DNA from: an uncultured Actinomycetota bacterium
GTDB taxonomy: Bacteria; Actinomycetota; Actinomycetes; Actinomycetales; Dermatophilaceae
Direction: 5' to 3'
Length of the DNA stretch: 64,000 nt
Assembly (NCBI GenBank): GCA_963826445.1
Contig: CAWGXD010000041.1
Span: 320 to 64,319, forward strand
The position numbers were made by a program, and so were the translations under genes. The notes beneath the pieces were generated by a model, which had not been told where the DNA came from, made no database searches, and saw nothing but the letters and a program-made list of their open reading frames with translations. Below, in pieces: positions 30,476-42,673 of this stretch; the stretch's first letter is position 1, and each line of letters opens with the position of its first letter.

Positions 30476-31544
30476 ATGGGGGTGAGCGTGCGGGATCTCG
30501 GCGCGATCGGCGACGGGTCCGCGGACGACACGGACGCGGTGCAGGCCGCCATCGACCGCGGCGGCATCACCTTCTTCCCGCCGGGCGACTACTCCTGCCG
30601 CACGCTGACGATGCGCGCCGCGTCCCGCCTGTCGGGATCGAACTCGGGTACCTACCGCTACTTGGACGGTGCCTACGTGACACCTACCCGACGGGGACGG
30701 TGAGCCGGATCATCCGACGGCCTGGCACCAACGCCCCCCTGATCCTCGGTCCCCTGGGCGCGACACGGGTCATCCTCGAGGACCTCGAGATCGACGGGAG
30801 GAACCTGTTGCAGACCGCGGGCCAGCCGCACGTCGTGAGCCTCACCGACTCGCCCACGGCGGAGGACACGCAGTGGGTCATCTCCCGCTGCTACCTCCAC
30901 GGCAGGAGTGATCCACACGCCCCCGACTGGGGGAGGGGCGGATCGAACCTCTACATCGGCGCAGGCCGGATGGCCTGCCGCGTGCTCCACACCACGAGCA
31001 ACTACGCCCACCACCACGGCATCGAGATCAACGGCGCCGACGCGCTCGTCGACGGCTGCATCGTCGGCGGCAATGGAGCCCACGGGATCGTCATCGGCGC
31101 GTGGGCCACAACCATCACGAACTCCGCGATCTAAACAACACCAACGGCATCCACGTCACCGACACTGGGGCTGCCTCGCCAAAGCGAATCGTCATCACGG
31201 CCAACGGAATTGACCGCAACCGACAGAGCGGCGTACTCCTCGACGGGACGCCGACGTCCGGGTCAGCGGGGGTCTCCATCACCAACAACGCGTTCACCTC
31301 GAACAGCACCGACGCCGATGGAGGCTCGGGTCACATCAGCGTCCACACGAGCTCGGGTCAGGTGGCCGTCGGAGGCAACATCTTCTCGATCCTCGAGGAG
31401 GGCTACCTCAATTGCACGTCAGCGGCGCTCCACCTCGCTGAAGGTGCCACGGCGCTCGACCTGGGCAACCTCTACGAAGGTGGCTCCGTGGCGGGATTCA
31501 CGAACGCCCCGTCAGAGCTCCGGCCGCGCCCCGCCGGGTCCTGA
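30476..31544 (+). CDS. Right-handed beta-helix (pectate lyase superfamily) protein, frameshifted
   Basis: SVRDLGAIGDGSADDTDAVQAAID, FFPPGDY, repeated N..HGI/NN.NGI/N.F..N. Confidence 0.75.
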
Positions 31545-31550
31545 TCCACG

Positions 31551-32081
31551 TCACGTGGCCTCAGGCCGCGGGCCCCTCTTCCGCACGTCCTCGACGTGCG
31601 ACATCGCCTCGCGCAGCTCGCCGAGCCAGTCCTCTCGTGCTGCCCGACGAGCCGCACGCACCAGGCCAGCGCGTCCGCTCGCGACCGCGCCACGCCGGCG
31701 TCGACGAGCGTGTCGAGCACCATGCCGCTCGCGCTGACGCAGCCGCGTCATCGCCGGCGCCGCGACGTGGGTGAACAGCTCGGTCCGGTCGCCGACGCTG
31801 ACCGCCCACGACACCTTGCGGTCGAAGCGGTGCTCCGCCTCGCGCGCGATCTCGATGCGGCGACCCCGGGTGTCCTCGCGGAACGCCTTCGCCCGCCCGG
31901 CCCGCGCCTCCGCCCGCTCGGCGTCGCTCGACCGTCGGGCAGGTCGACGTCGCTGATCGTCAGGACGACGGTGATCTCCTCGCGGTCGACCGTGACCTCG
32001 GGCGCCGCGCACCTGCCACTCGTCGGGCAGCCGGCCGGTGAACCAGCCGCGCACCCGCTCACTTGCTTGCTCAGTAATCAT
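31551..32081 (-). CDS. Actinobacterial-type hypothetical protein with RHH-like C-terminus, frameshifted
   Basis: GWFTGRLPDEW, FREDTR..RI.IA, FTH...PAMTRLRQ.ER.VLDTLVDAGVARSR. Confidence 0.65.
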   Translation of the reverse strand: MITEQASERVRGWFTGRLPDEWQVRGARGHGRPRGDHRRPDDQRRRPARRSSDAERAEARAGRAKAFREDTRGRRIEIAREAEHRFDRKVSWAVSVGDRTELFTHVAAPAMTRLRQRERHGARHARRRRRGAVASGRAGLVRAARRAAREDWLGELREAMSHVEDVRKRGPRPEAT

Positions 32082-32141
32082 GTAATCAGAATTACTCGCT
32101 AGCACGCGCGCGTCAACCACCTACGCCACAAGCGAAGCGCC

Positions 32142-32156
32142 CGTATGCCGCTGAGC
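32142..32156. repeat. Family A repeat, single copy
   Basis: CGTATGCCGCTGAGC. Confidence 0.75.
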
Positions 32157-32175
32157 CGCCTCCCGCACCGCCAGC

Positions 32176-32575
32176 TCACCGGGTGCCCCCTGCAGATCGC
32201 GAGCGAGCCCGCGGGATCTCCTGCGCGAACTCGACCACGAACCCGTCCGGGTCGGCGACGTGCACCGTCCGGTGCCCCCGGACGGTCGGCCGGCTCGCGA
32301 GCAGAGGCACGCCGCGCACCCGCAGCGCATCAGCCACCGCATCGACGTCCTCGACCAGCAGCACGACCTCGCCGGCCGGCGCCCGGCACACCGGGCCACC
32401 GGTCAGCCACTCCGCACGGCGCCGCTCATACAGCGCGAACCGCGTTGGCCCCAGTATCGAACTCCGCATACCCCGCGTCCGTGAACCGATACTCCAGCCC
32501 GACAACGTCGCGGTAGAACGCCACAGACGCGTCGAGATCGGAGACGTAGAGGATCACGTGACTCAAGCGCGGCAC
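32176..32575 (-). CDS. VOC/glyoxalase-family protein, frameshifted
   Basis: LSHVILYVSDLDASVAFYRD, V.DVD, DPDGFVVE. Confidence 0.8.
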
Positions 32576-32594
32576 GGCGCAACCGCCGCCCGAG

Positions 32595-33622
32595 TCAGCG
32601 CGACCGCGCGCTGATGGAGTACTTCCCCGTGCCGGTCTCCGACGTTCCAGTGGCGCACCTGCGCCCAGTACTTGCCGGGCACGAGGCTGCGCCGGATCCG
32701 AGCGTTGACGCCATAGCCGCTGTCGTCGTCCTCCGCGATGAGCGCCGTCTTGCTGTCCGGGCCGAACAGCTTGAGGTACACGTCCGTCGACCCGTTCGTC
32801 CGCACCTCGTAGACGCCGTCGGACCCGACCTCGAAGGTGAAGACGTCCTCCTCGCCGCCCTTGCCGATGATCCGCGTTGACCTTCGTGCCGTCGAGCGGC
32901 AAGCCGTCCCCGTCGGAAACGCGGAGCAGACCTTGGGATACATGGCGGCGCCCGCGACGAACGCCTTGTCGAGCGCCGACAGCACGTCGTTGGCGTGTGT
33001 CGCCACCCCATTGAGCGTCCACGACGCCGGGAACGCGTAGAGCATGATCGAGTCCGCGTCGAACTGCGTCCCCTTGATCTGGTCGAGCGCGTACTTGCGG
33101 AACACGTTGTGCCGCACCTTCGCCTCGTCCCAGAAGTTCGGCGGCCCGGCGAGCGAGGCAATGACGACCGGCTCGTTCCACTGGATGCCGCCGGCCGGGT
33201 TGGAGTGCTCGTGCGCCAGCCCGATGGCGTGCCCGAACTCGTGCCCCGCCGTCCCGCCGTCGAGGAAACCGAGGTTCATCGTGGCCTGGTTCGTCGGGAT
33301 GCCCTTGTTGTCGGTGCCGACGTAGGACCAGGCGCCGTCGTTCGGGTCGAACGGAGATCCGGATGTCCGCGTCGGACACCGGGTGGTTGCCGAAGTCGAA
33401 CGCGATGTTGCACACGTCCGCCCACCAGCCGGCCTGCTCGCGCGCGGTGGCCTGCTGCGCCGGGGTGCCGCTGAGGAAGCGCACGCGCAGCGTCGTGCCG
33501 TTCATCCACGACTTGCCGATCGGCGAGATGGCGCGGTCGTTGCCGTCGAGTCCCCGGGTGCGCCGGTGCGGACGCATGAGGTCCTTCGGCAGGATCTTGT
33601 CGAAGCAGACCTTCTCAGTCAT
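32595..33622 (-). CDS. Astacin-like (M12) metallopeptidase with C-terminal PPC-like domain, frameshifted
   Basis: HEFGHAIGLAHEH, SIMLY Met-turn, D.YL.LFGP....IAEDDDSG...NARI. Confidence 0.8.
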
Positions 33623-33711
33623 GGGCTCCCCCTCGAGTGCCGGGAGCGCCCGTCGCTCCCGCCTCCCTTCATGGTGCGCGCTTTCCTTCCGCGCCACACG
33701 CAAAACGCGGA

Positions 33712-33819
33712 CGTATGCCGCTGAGCTCGCTCCCAGTCGAGTGTGCAGTCCGCGCCGGGCCGGGTCCTCGTCGAGTGTGCAGTTCGCGCCGGGTGCTGGA
33801 CGGGCACTGCACACTCGAC
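33712..33819. repeat. Composite family A + family B repeat
   Basis: A at 33712; GTCGAGTGTGCAG at 33736 and 33770; reverse copy at 33807-33819. Confidence 0.85.
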
Positions 33820-33829
33820 TCGATGTGGG

Positions 33830-34237
33830 TCAGCCCACGACCGCCCGCAGCTCCACGGTCTCGCCCGGCCCTGCGAACCGGGCGGCCAACGCCTCGGCAC
33901 GCTCACGACTGTCGACGTCGAGCAGGAAGAAGCCCGCGAAGTGCTCCTTGGCCTCGGCGTACGGACCATCAGTGGCGAGTGTCTTACCTTGCTCCCAGCG
34001 GAAGAGCCGCGCCTCCGCGGGATCGCCCAGAGCGGAGCCGCCGACGAGCTCGCCGGAGGCCGACATCTCGGTCATGACGGACTCGAACTCGGCATTGAGG
34101 CGCTCGCGCTCCTCGGCGGGGAGCTCTTGGTGCGCGGCGAGGAACTCGCTCGTCGGGTGGCCCCAGGGCTGGGGGTTGGAGTGGATCAGCACGACGTACT
34201 TCACGATGTCCTCCTCGGACGGTTTCGGTTGGTTCAC
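33830..34237 (-). CDS. YciI/DGPF-family protein
   Basis: KYVVLI, GELVGG.AL, TDGPYAEAKE..AGF. Confidence 0.9.
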   Translation of the reverse strand: MNQPKPSEEDIVKYVVLIHSNPQPWGHPTSEFLAAHQELPAEERERLNAEFESVMTEMSASGELVGGSALGDPAEARLFRWEQGKTLATDGPYAEAKEHFAGFFLLDVDSRERAEALAARFAGPGETVELRAVVG

Positions 34238-35464
34238 GGGGACGTCGGAGCCGATCCTCCGGCTTCGACATCGTCGGCCAGGGTGGTGAGGTGAGCGCGT
34301 TCGACCTCGCTGGGCGTCAGCCTCGCGGCGGTGCGCAGCTCAGCCGCGGCCTCGTAGCGCGAGCCAGCCCGCCTGAGCAGTTGGCCGCGGACCGCATGCC
34401 AGCGGTGGTGCCCCGCGAGCTCCGAGCGCATACCGTCCACCACCGCGAGACCGGCCTCGGGTCCGTCGACCATGGACACGGCCACGGCCCGGTTGAGCTC
34501 GACCATCGGCCCCGGCTGGATCCGGCCCAAGACCCCGTAGAGCTGCACCACCTGCGGCCAGTCGGTCTCCTCCGCCTTCGCCGCCTCGTCGTGGACCGCA
34601 GCGATCGCGGCCTGTATCTGGTACGGGCCGACCTCCCCGCCGGACCCCAGGGCATCGGTGACGAGCCGGGTGCCCTCCTCGATGAGATCGCGGCGCCAGA
34701 GCGTGCGGTCCTGCTCGTCAAGCGTCACCAGCCTCCCGTCCACCCCGGTACGCGCTGGACGCCGAGCCTCAGTCAGCAGCATGAGCGCGAGCAGCCCCGC
34801 CGCCTCGGGGTCATCGGGACGAGCGACGTGGAGCTGGCGGGCGAGCCGGATCGCCTCTGCTGCCAGCTCCTCATTCGTGAGCCCATGGCCCTCCGTGCTC
34901 GTGTGGCCCTCGGTGAAGACGAGGTAGAGCACGTGCATCACCGCCCTGACCCGGTCGTCCAGCTCGTCTGGCCCCGGCAGCTCGAACGTAGCGCCCGCCT
35001 CGCGGATGACCTTCTTGGCCCGGCTGATCCGCTGGCCCATCGTCGACTCCGGGACGAGGAACGCGCGCGCAACCTGTGCGGTGGTCAGGCCCGCGACGGC
35101 TCGGAGGGTGAGCGCCACCTGCGACGGCACGGTGAGCGCCGGGTGGCAGCACAGCAGCAGGAGCGTGAGCGAGTCGTCGTGGTCGGTGACCTCGGGAGAG
35201 TCGGCGCTCGCGATCGCATCCCGCTCCTCCCGCGCCCTCCGCGCCGATCTCGCTCCGCACCTGGTCGACCATCCGTCGGGAGGCCACCCGAACGAGCCAG
35301 GCCCTCGGGTCGTCGGGCACTCCGTCGCGGGGCCACTGGACCGTCGCCGCCGCCAACGCCTCCTGCACCGCTTCCTCCGCCGCGGCGAAGTCCTCCCACC
35401 GCCGCGCCACTGCGATCAGCACCTGCGGCGCCTCACGGCGCCAGATTGCCTCGAGCTCCTGCAT
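34234..35464 (-). CDS. ECF sigma factor with C-terminal TPR-like extension (ECF42-like), frameshifted
   Basis: AEEAVQEA, CCHPAL, ALTLR.V.GL, QRISRAK, LYLVF.EG, QDR.LW, GPYQIQAAIAA.H. Confidence 0.88.
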
Positions 35465-35511
35465 GGCCCTCCCGCTGAGTGGTGGTTCACCAACCTAGCC
35501 ACCCACACAAC

Positions 35512-35549
35512 GAGGCGTATGCCGCTGAGCGCGCTCAGCGGCATACCTC
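35512..35549. repeat. Family A hairpin
   Basis: GTATGCCGCTGAGC-GC-GCTCAGCGGCATAC. Confidence 0.85.
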
Positions 35550-35599
35550 CTTGTGTTGGTTGTCAGGTCGCGGACCGGCTGCGAGAGACACTGGAGGAC

Positions 35600-36118
35600 G
35601 TGCGTAGGGCCAGTGCCCTGGTGATCAGCGTGTTCTGGTTCGTGCTCGCCGGTGGAGTGGGCGCGGTCCTCGTCCCGTGGTGGCTGACGGGCTGGCAGGC
35701 GCCGCAGCCGTACCCCTACTGGGGCTTCGTCCGGGTCCTCGGGGTGATCCTGATCGTGGTCGGCTTGGTCCCGCCGCTGCATGTGTTCGGGGAGTTCGTC
35801 CGGGCCGGCGGGACCCCGATGCCGGGCGCGATGACCACCCGGCTGGTGGTGACGGGCTTGAACCGGTACGTGCGCAACCCGATCTACCTCGGCGCGGTGA
35901 CCATCTTCATCGGTGAGGCGCTGCTGCTCGGGCAGGCTCGCCTGCTGGTGTACGCCGTCGCATCCTGGGTCGGCGTCGCCGCGTTCGTGCGCTGGTACGA
36001 GGAACCCGCGTTGGCGCGCCGGTTCGGTGCCGACTACGAGGCCTACCGTCGGGCCGTGCCGGCTTGGATTCCCCGCCGACAGCCGTGGAATCCCAACGAC
36101 CGCTCAAGCACGCGATGA
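35600..36118 (+). CDS. Isoprenylcysteine carboxyl methyltransferase-family membrane protein
   Basis: GTP.P....LVV.G..RYVRNP.Y, YEEP.L..RFG..Y..YRR.VP.W.PR; GGAGGA RBS. Confidence 0.85.
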   Translation: MRRASALVISVFWFVLAGGVGAVLVPWWLTGWQAPQPYPYWGFVRVLGVILIVVGLVPPLHVFGEFVRAGGTPMPGAMTTRLVVTGLNRYVRNPIYLGAVTIFIGEALLLGQARLLVYAVASWVGVAAFVRWYEEPALARRFGADYEAYRRAVPAWIPRRQPWNPNDRSSTR

Positions 36119-36269
36119 GTACTCAGAGTGTGCATGCGGCGCGCACGATCAGGCGGTCAGGATGCGGAGGGCGGTCTGCGCGTTGGTTCGCCACTCCTCC
36201 GGCAGGGTGAGACCATTCGCGGGCGGTGGGGGTCTGATCGAGCAGTTGGAGCCCCACGACACCAGGTAG

Positions 36270-36289
36270 TGATACCAGTTTGGTACCAT
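36270..36289. promoter_or_regulatory. Toxin-antitoxin operator overlapping a candidate -10
   Basis: TGATACCA-GTT-TGGTACCA imperfect inverted repeat overlapping TACCAT, 7 nt before ATG 36297. Confidence 0.5.
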
Positions 36290-36296
36290 CATGGGC

Positions 36297-36500
36297 ATGG
36301 CGATGACCTTGCGACTGACGGACGAGGACGAGCGGGCCCTGGCCCTGCTCGCTGAAGCGCAGGGCATCAGCAAGCAGGAAGCCATCGTCCGTGCGATCCG
36401 CGACGCCGCCGCGCGCCGCGTTCACCAAGACCGGGTGCGCGACCTCTCCGCCCAGGCACGCGTCCGGTATGCCGACGTCCTCGAGCGCCTCGGCCGGTGA
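36297..36500 (+). CDS. CopG/ribbon-helix-helix antitoxin
   Basis: MAMTLRLT.....L..LA...GISKQEA...AI; coupled to the toxin. Confidence 0.85.
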   Translation: MAMTLRLTDEDERALALLAEAQGISKQEAIVRAIRDAAARRVHQDRVRDLSAQARVRYADVLERLGR

Positions 36501-36859
36501 CGACCTACCTCTCCCTCGAGGACCTGCTCACCCTCGCAAGCGACCTCGGAGTCGGACCAGTCCGTGATCTGGGACTCCTCGACGCCGCAGCCCATCGACC
36601 CCAGTCCGTGCTGTACGGGCAGCAGGCTTACCCCGACTTGGACACCAAGGCGGCCGCGCTGCTCGACTCGGTCGTGCGCAACCACGCCCTGGTCGACGGC
36701 AACAAGCGCCTCGGCTGGCTCGCCACCGTCGTGTTCTACGGGCTCAACGACGTCACCCTCGACGCCCCTGACGACGACGCCTATGAGCTCGTCATGGCTG
36801 TCGCCCGCAGCGAACCGGAGATCGACGAGATCGCCGAGACTCTGAAGTCCTGGCACTGA
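36497..36859 (+). CDS. Doc-type (death-on-curing) Fic toxin
   Basis: VRD.GLL..A..RP, KAAALL, NHALVDGNKR. Confidence 0.9.
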   Translation: MTTYLSLEDLLTLASDLGVGPVRDLGLLDAAAHRPQSVLYGQQAYPDLDTKAAALLDSVVRNHALVDGNKRLGWLATVVFYGLNDVTLDAPDDDAYELVMAVARSEPEIDEIAETLKSWH

Positions 36860-36902
36860 GGGACGGCGTCCGCTGCATGGCCAGCGACTCAGCCACACAG
36901 AC

Positions 36903-36948
36903 ACGGAGGCGTATGCCGCTGAGCTGGCTCAGCGGCATACGCCTCCGT
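36903..36948. repeat. Family A hairpin with perfect 22-bp arms
   Basis: ACGGAGGCGTATGCCGCTGAGC-TG-GCTCAGCGGCATACGCCTCCGT between convergent genes. Confidence 0.9.
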
Positions 36949-36964
36949 CGTGGTCGGCTGGGTG

Positions 36965-39116
36965 TCAGCGGGCCGGCACGAGCTCGGGGCGCTCCTCCTT
37001 CTCCCGCTCAGCCGCGTCCGCAGCGGCCGCCAACTCGGCGTCCTTGCGGGCAAGGCGGCTCGGCCACCACATGCGTCCCTTGAGGTCGAGGTTCAGTGCC
37101 GTCACGAGCACCGACCGGACGATCAGGGTGTCGAGCAGGACACCCAGCGCGACGGCGAAGCCGACCTCTGCGAAGGCGACCACCGGCATCGTCGCGAGGA
37201 CCGCGAACGTGCCTGCGAGGACGAGCCCGGCCGAGGTGATGACACCCCCGGTTGCGGCGAGTCCGGTGAGGGCGCCGCGCCAGGTGCCGACCTCCTTCGA
37301 CTCCTCGTGGACCCGGGTCATCAGGAAGATGTTGTAGTCGATCCCGAGCGCGACGAGGAACACGAAGACGAACAGCGGTAGCGACGGGTCCGCGCCGGCG
37401 AAACCGAACACGTGCCGGAAGACGAGCGCGCTCAAGCCCATCGCCGCGCCGAACGAGAGCACGACCGTCCCGATCAGCAGCAGTGGCGCCGTGACGGCTC
37501 GCAGTAGGAGCACGAGGATGAGCAGCACGACGCCCAGGATGAGCGGGATCGTCCGCTTGTTGTCGTCATCGGACGCGCGCAGCGTGTCGGCGCGCGCAGC
37601 GGTGTCACCTCCGGCGATCGCATCCGCGTTGGGCACCTGCGCGATCGCATCCCGGATACGGTCGACCGACTTCGTTGCCGCGTCGGAGTCCGGAGCGTCG
37701 CTCAGCGTCGTCTCGATGAGCGACCGCCCGTTGCGGGCGATCGGGTCCGCCACCGAGCTGACGCCTTGGACGGTCTCGAGCTTGGCCTGCACGGTCGCGG
37801 CCTGGTCCGTGTTGGCCAGGACGAGAACGGGTGACCCGGACCCGGCTGGGAAGTGCTTGGCCAACACCTGCTCGCCGACGACCGACTCGGGCGTCGTGTA
37901 GAAGGCGTCCTTGTTCGCCAAGCCGGTCGCGTTGAGCTGGAGCACACCCAGGGTGGCGATGGCGAGAACAACCGAGGTGACGACCCACGTGCGGCGCGGG
38001 GCGTGAGAGATCCGGTTGCCGGTGCGGGCCCAGAAGCCGTCGCGGGTGTGGTCCGCGGACCCGTAGGTCGGCCGAACTGGCCAGAAGATCCAGCGGCCGA
38101 AGACGACCAGCAGGGCTGGCAGCAGGGTCAGCATGACGAGCAGGGCGACGCCGATGCCGATCGCGGCGACCGGGCCGAGGCCGCTGGTCGAGCTCATCGT
38201 CGCGACGAGGAGGCAGAGCATGCCCGCGATGACGGTCGAGCCGGATGCGAAGATGGCAGGGCCGGCACGGTGCAGGGCGAAGGCCATCGCCTCGTGACGG
38301 TCCTGGTGGCGTCGGAGCTCTTCCCGGTATCTGGCGACGAGCAAGAGCGCGTAGTCAGTTCCCGCGCCGAAGACGATGACGGTCAGGATGGCCGAACTCT
38401 GCGCGTTGACGGTCAGGGTGTCGCTGTTCGCGAGGTAATAGATCACGCCCTGCGAGATGAACAGCGCGGTGCCCGCGGAGATGAGCGGGATGAGCCAGAG
38501 AATCGGACTGCGGTAGGTGATGAGCAGGATGAGGATGACGACGGCCATCGCTGCATAGAGCAGCTTGCCGTCAATGCCTGCGAACGCCTCCGACGAGTCG
38601 GCGCCGAAGCCGATCGGCCCGGTCACGTGCATCGTCAGTCCGGCGGGACTGTCGGCTGCGATCGAGCGCAGCTGGTCGGTGATCTCCGGCGAGGTTCTCC
38701 CAGCCGTCCTCACCGATGTCCATCGGGACGATGACCTGGATGGCCTTGCCGTCCTCGGACCGGATCGGGCCGACGGAGTCCTTCTTGACCGGCTCCATGG
38801 CGTTGAAAGCGGTGATGTGTCCTGCGACCGCGTGGAGGTCGGCCGCCGTGACACCGTCAGGACGCTCGTAGACGAGGACGGCTGGTGCCTCGTTCTTGCT
38901 CTGGAACGCCTCGAGCTCCTTGGCGACCTGCGTCGACTGGGCGTTCTCCGGAAGCCAGGAGGTGGCGTCGTTGTTCAGTGCCCCCTGGAGTTTGCCCGCC
39001 GGGCCGAACGACACCGCGAGAACGGCCAACCAGAAGCCGACGACGAGCCATTTCGTCACGCGCGACGACGGCAGCCACGCGAGCCGCCCGACGTCCCCTA
39101 TGCGTGTTTCTGTCAT
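36965..39116 (-). CDS. MMPL-family (RND) transporter; frameshift near 38690
   Basis: FGAGTDYALLLVARYREEL, ALGIDYNIFLMTRV.EE, GGVITSAG. Confidence 0.92.
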
Positions 39117-39292
39117 GTTGAGTGCCTTTCCCCCCTGATTCAGGAGCCGCCTCGTGCGGCCAACCACTTTCGACGTTAGGGAGTGCGCCGGGGACCGCAC
39201 CGTTATTACGGGGCATTGGGGGATGGCCTCAGGGGCGGATCAGGGCTGACCCCGAGTCGCGCTCGTCACGGCGGCTGCCTAACGTCGTCGAC

Positions 39293-39962
39293 ATGGACGA
39301 TCAGGGCAGCTCCGAACCGAGCCGGCGGGTCGGTCCCCGTCGAGCTCGGCTTTCCCTTCCGGGGCCGCTGGCTCGTGCAGAACAGCCCGGACCGCCGGGT
39401 CCCGAGCCACGGCACGCATCTCTTCGGGACGACCTACGCCATCGACTTCGTGCCGGTCGACGAGCGCGGTCGATCTGCACCTCGCACGTGGCGTTCGCTG
39501 GTGTCGGTCGAGTCACCGGAGATCTTCGTCGGCTTCGGGCGGCCGGTGCTCGCGCCGGTGGCGGGCACCGTGGTCGCCGTTCACGACGGGGAGCCGGACC
39601 ACGAGTCCCGGCGCTCGCAGCCGGCGCTCCTGGCCTATGCGCTGAGCCAGGCTGGGCGGGTGCGCGGCGGTCCGAACGCCATCGCCGGTAACCGCGTCGT
39701 CATCGCGGTCGCCCCCCGAGGCCCGTTCGTCCTGCTCGCGCACCTGCGGCGCGGCAGCGTCTCCGTGCGGCCCGGCGACTCGATCAGGGCGGGAGACGCT
39801 GTTGGCACCTGCGGCAACTCCGGCAACAGCACCGAGCCGCACGTCCATGTCCAGGTGACCGACTCGACCGACTGGGCCACGACCAGGGGGCTGCCGATCG
39901 TCTTCCGCGCGCCGAGCGGCCGGGTCTGGCTGCCCGGCGAGCGCGAGGTCGTCGACGTCTGA
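39293..39962 (+). CDS. M23-family peptidase; N-terminal frameshift
   Basis: SHGT...YAIDF, GN.V, LAHL, CGNSGNSTEPHVH. Confidence 0.8.
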
Positions 39963-39972
39963 GGTCCCATCT

Positions 39973-40136
39973 GGTCGAGTGTGCAGAAAGCGCCGGTCAC
40001 CACCCGGTCGAGTGTGCAGAAAGCGCCCATTCTCGGGACCGCGCGTTTTGCTGGGAGAGGCGCTTTCTGCACACTCGACCAAGACCCTGCCCGGCTCGGA
40101 GTGCACTTCAACGAGGGGCGAGCTCAGCGGCATACG
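39973..40136. repeat. Composite family B array + family A repeat
   Basis: GGTCGAGTGTGCAGAAAGCGCC twice (33-bp period), reverse copy 40059-40080, A at 40118-40136. Confidence 0.85.
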
Positions 40137-40142
40137 GCATAA

Positions 40143-41588
<1,446 letters not shown>

Positions 41589-41675
41589 CGCCCAACCTGT
41601 CTCGATCGAGTGAACAGGATTCGGGGTGGCTCGGATGCGAGGGAACCTCACGACGCCGAATGGCATCGGACGAGC

Positions 41676-42629
41676 ATGAGCGACCTGCCCCACCCAGCCA
41701 TCGCCCGGCTTGACCGTGCCAGCGCCGATCTCGTCGAGCGCGTCAGCCTCGGTGCCCAGCTCGCCGAGGCAGAGGATCTGCTCGACCAGGCCTCCGATCG
41801 GTGCGATCGGCTCGAGCGACAGCTCGTCGACGAGGAGCGGGACGTCGACAGGCTGGAGGGGGTCTCCCTGCGCCGAGTCGTCACCGCGATCCGCGGCTCC
41901 CGCGAGGCTGCCCTCGACCGTGAACGGGCGGAGGTCGACACCGTGGCCTCGGCGCTGGCCCGGGCGGATTCGGAGCGCACGGCCCTCAGCGAGCGCGTCG
42001 ACGCCCTCGGACAGGCGCTCCAACGGCTCGAGCACGCGGAGGCCGACTATGAGCGGGCGCTCGCGGAGGTCGTCGCTGCTGCTGATCTCTCCCGTGCCGC
42101 CGGGATCGACCCGGCGACCGGGCAGCCGGGGCCGGCTATCGACCCCGAGAGGGTTGTCCGGGCCGACAACCTGATTGCCAGACGGCGCGAGCGGCGAGAG
42201 GTTGCCCAGGCCGTCGTCGCCGGGCACCACGCCATTGGGGGTCTGGCCGATGCGCTCGCGGCGCTGCGCAGCGCGAACAACTGGTCCAACTGGGACACCT
42301 TCGGAGGAGGCGGTCTCATCAGCTCGTCCATCAAGCACGGTCGGATGGACGAGGCGCAGGCCGCCATCGAACGGGCTCAGACGGCGCTGACACGGTTTGG
42401 CCGTGAGCTCGACGACCTCGGCCTGCCCGGGATGGTCCTGCCGACGACGGACGGACTCACCCGCGGGGTCGACATCTGGTTCGACAATATCTTCACCGAC
42501 CTCAGCGTTCGAGGGCGGATCAGGTCCTCGATCGGGTCCGTGGAGGACGTCCTCGGCCAGGTCTCCGAGACGGTCCAGGGGCTCGAGGCACGGCAGCGCG
42601 AGCTCGCACCCCAGGGGCCGCTTGATTGA
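41676..42629 (+). CDS. Coiled-coil hypothetical protein
   Basis: E/R/L-rich heptads; E..DV..LE, SA..WS.WDTFGGGG.ISS..KH, D.WFDN.F.D. Confidence 0.7.
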   Translation: MSDLPHPAIARLDRASADLVERVSLGAQLAEAEDLLDQASDRCDRLERQLVDEERDVDRLEGVSLRRVVTAIRGSREAALDRERAEVDTVASALARADSERTALSERVDALGQALQRLEHAEADYERALAEVVAAADLSRAAGIDPATGQPGPAIDPERVVRADNLIARRRERREVAQAVVAGHHAIGGLADALAALRSANNWSNWDTFGGGGLISSSIKHGRMDEAQAAIERAQTALTRFGRELDDLGLPGMVLPTTDGLTRGVDIWFDNIFTDLSVRGRIRSSIGSVEDVLGQVSETVQGLEARQRELAPQGPLD

Positions 42630-42673
42630 TCTGATACCGCTGCCCGCCGGCTGCACCGAGGGCCGCCTTGCGG

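Noticed and set aside
33830-35464. ECF sigma + YciI pair as a novel system
   Set aside because: Well-known ECF42-type arrangement
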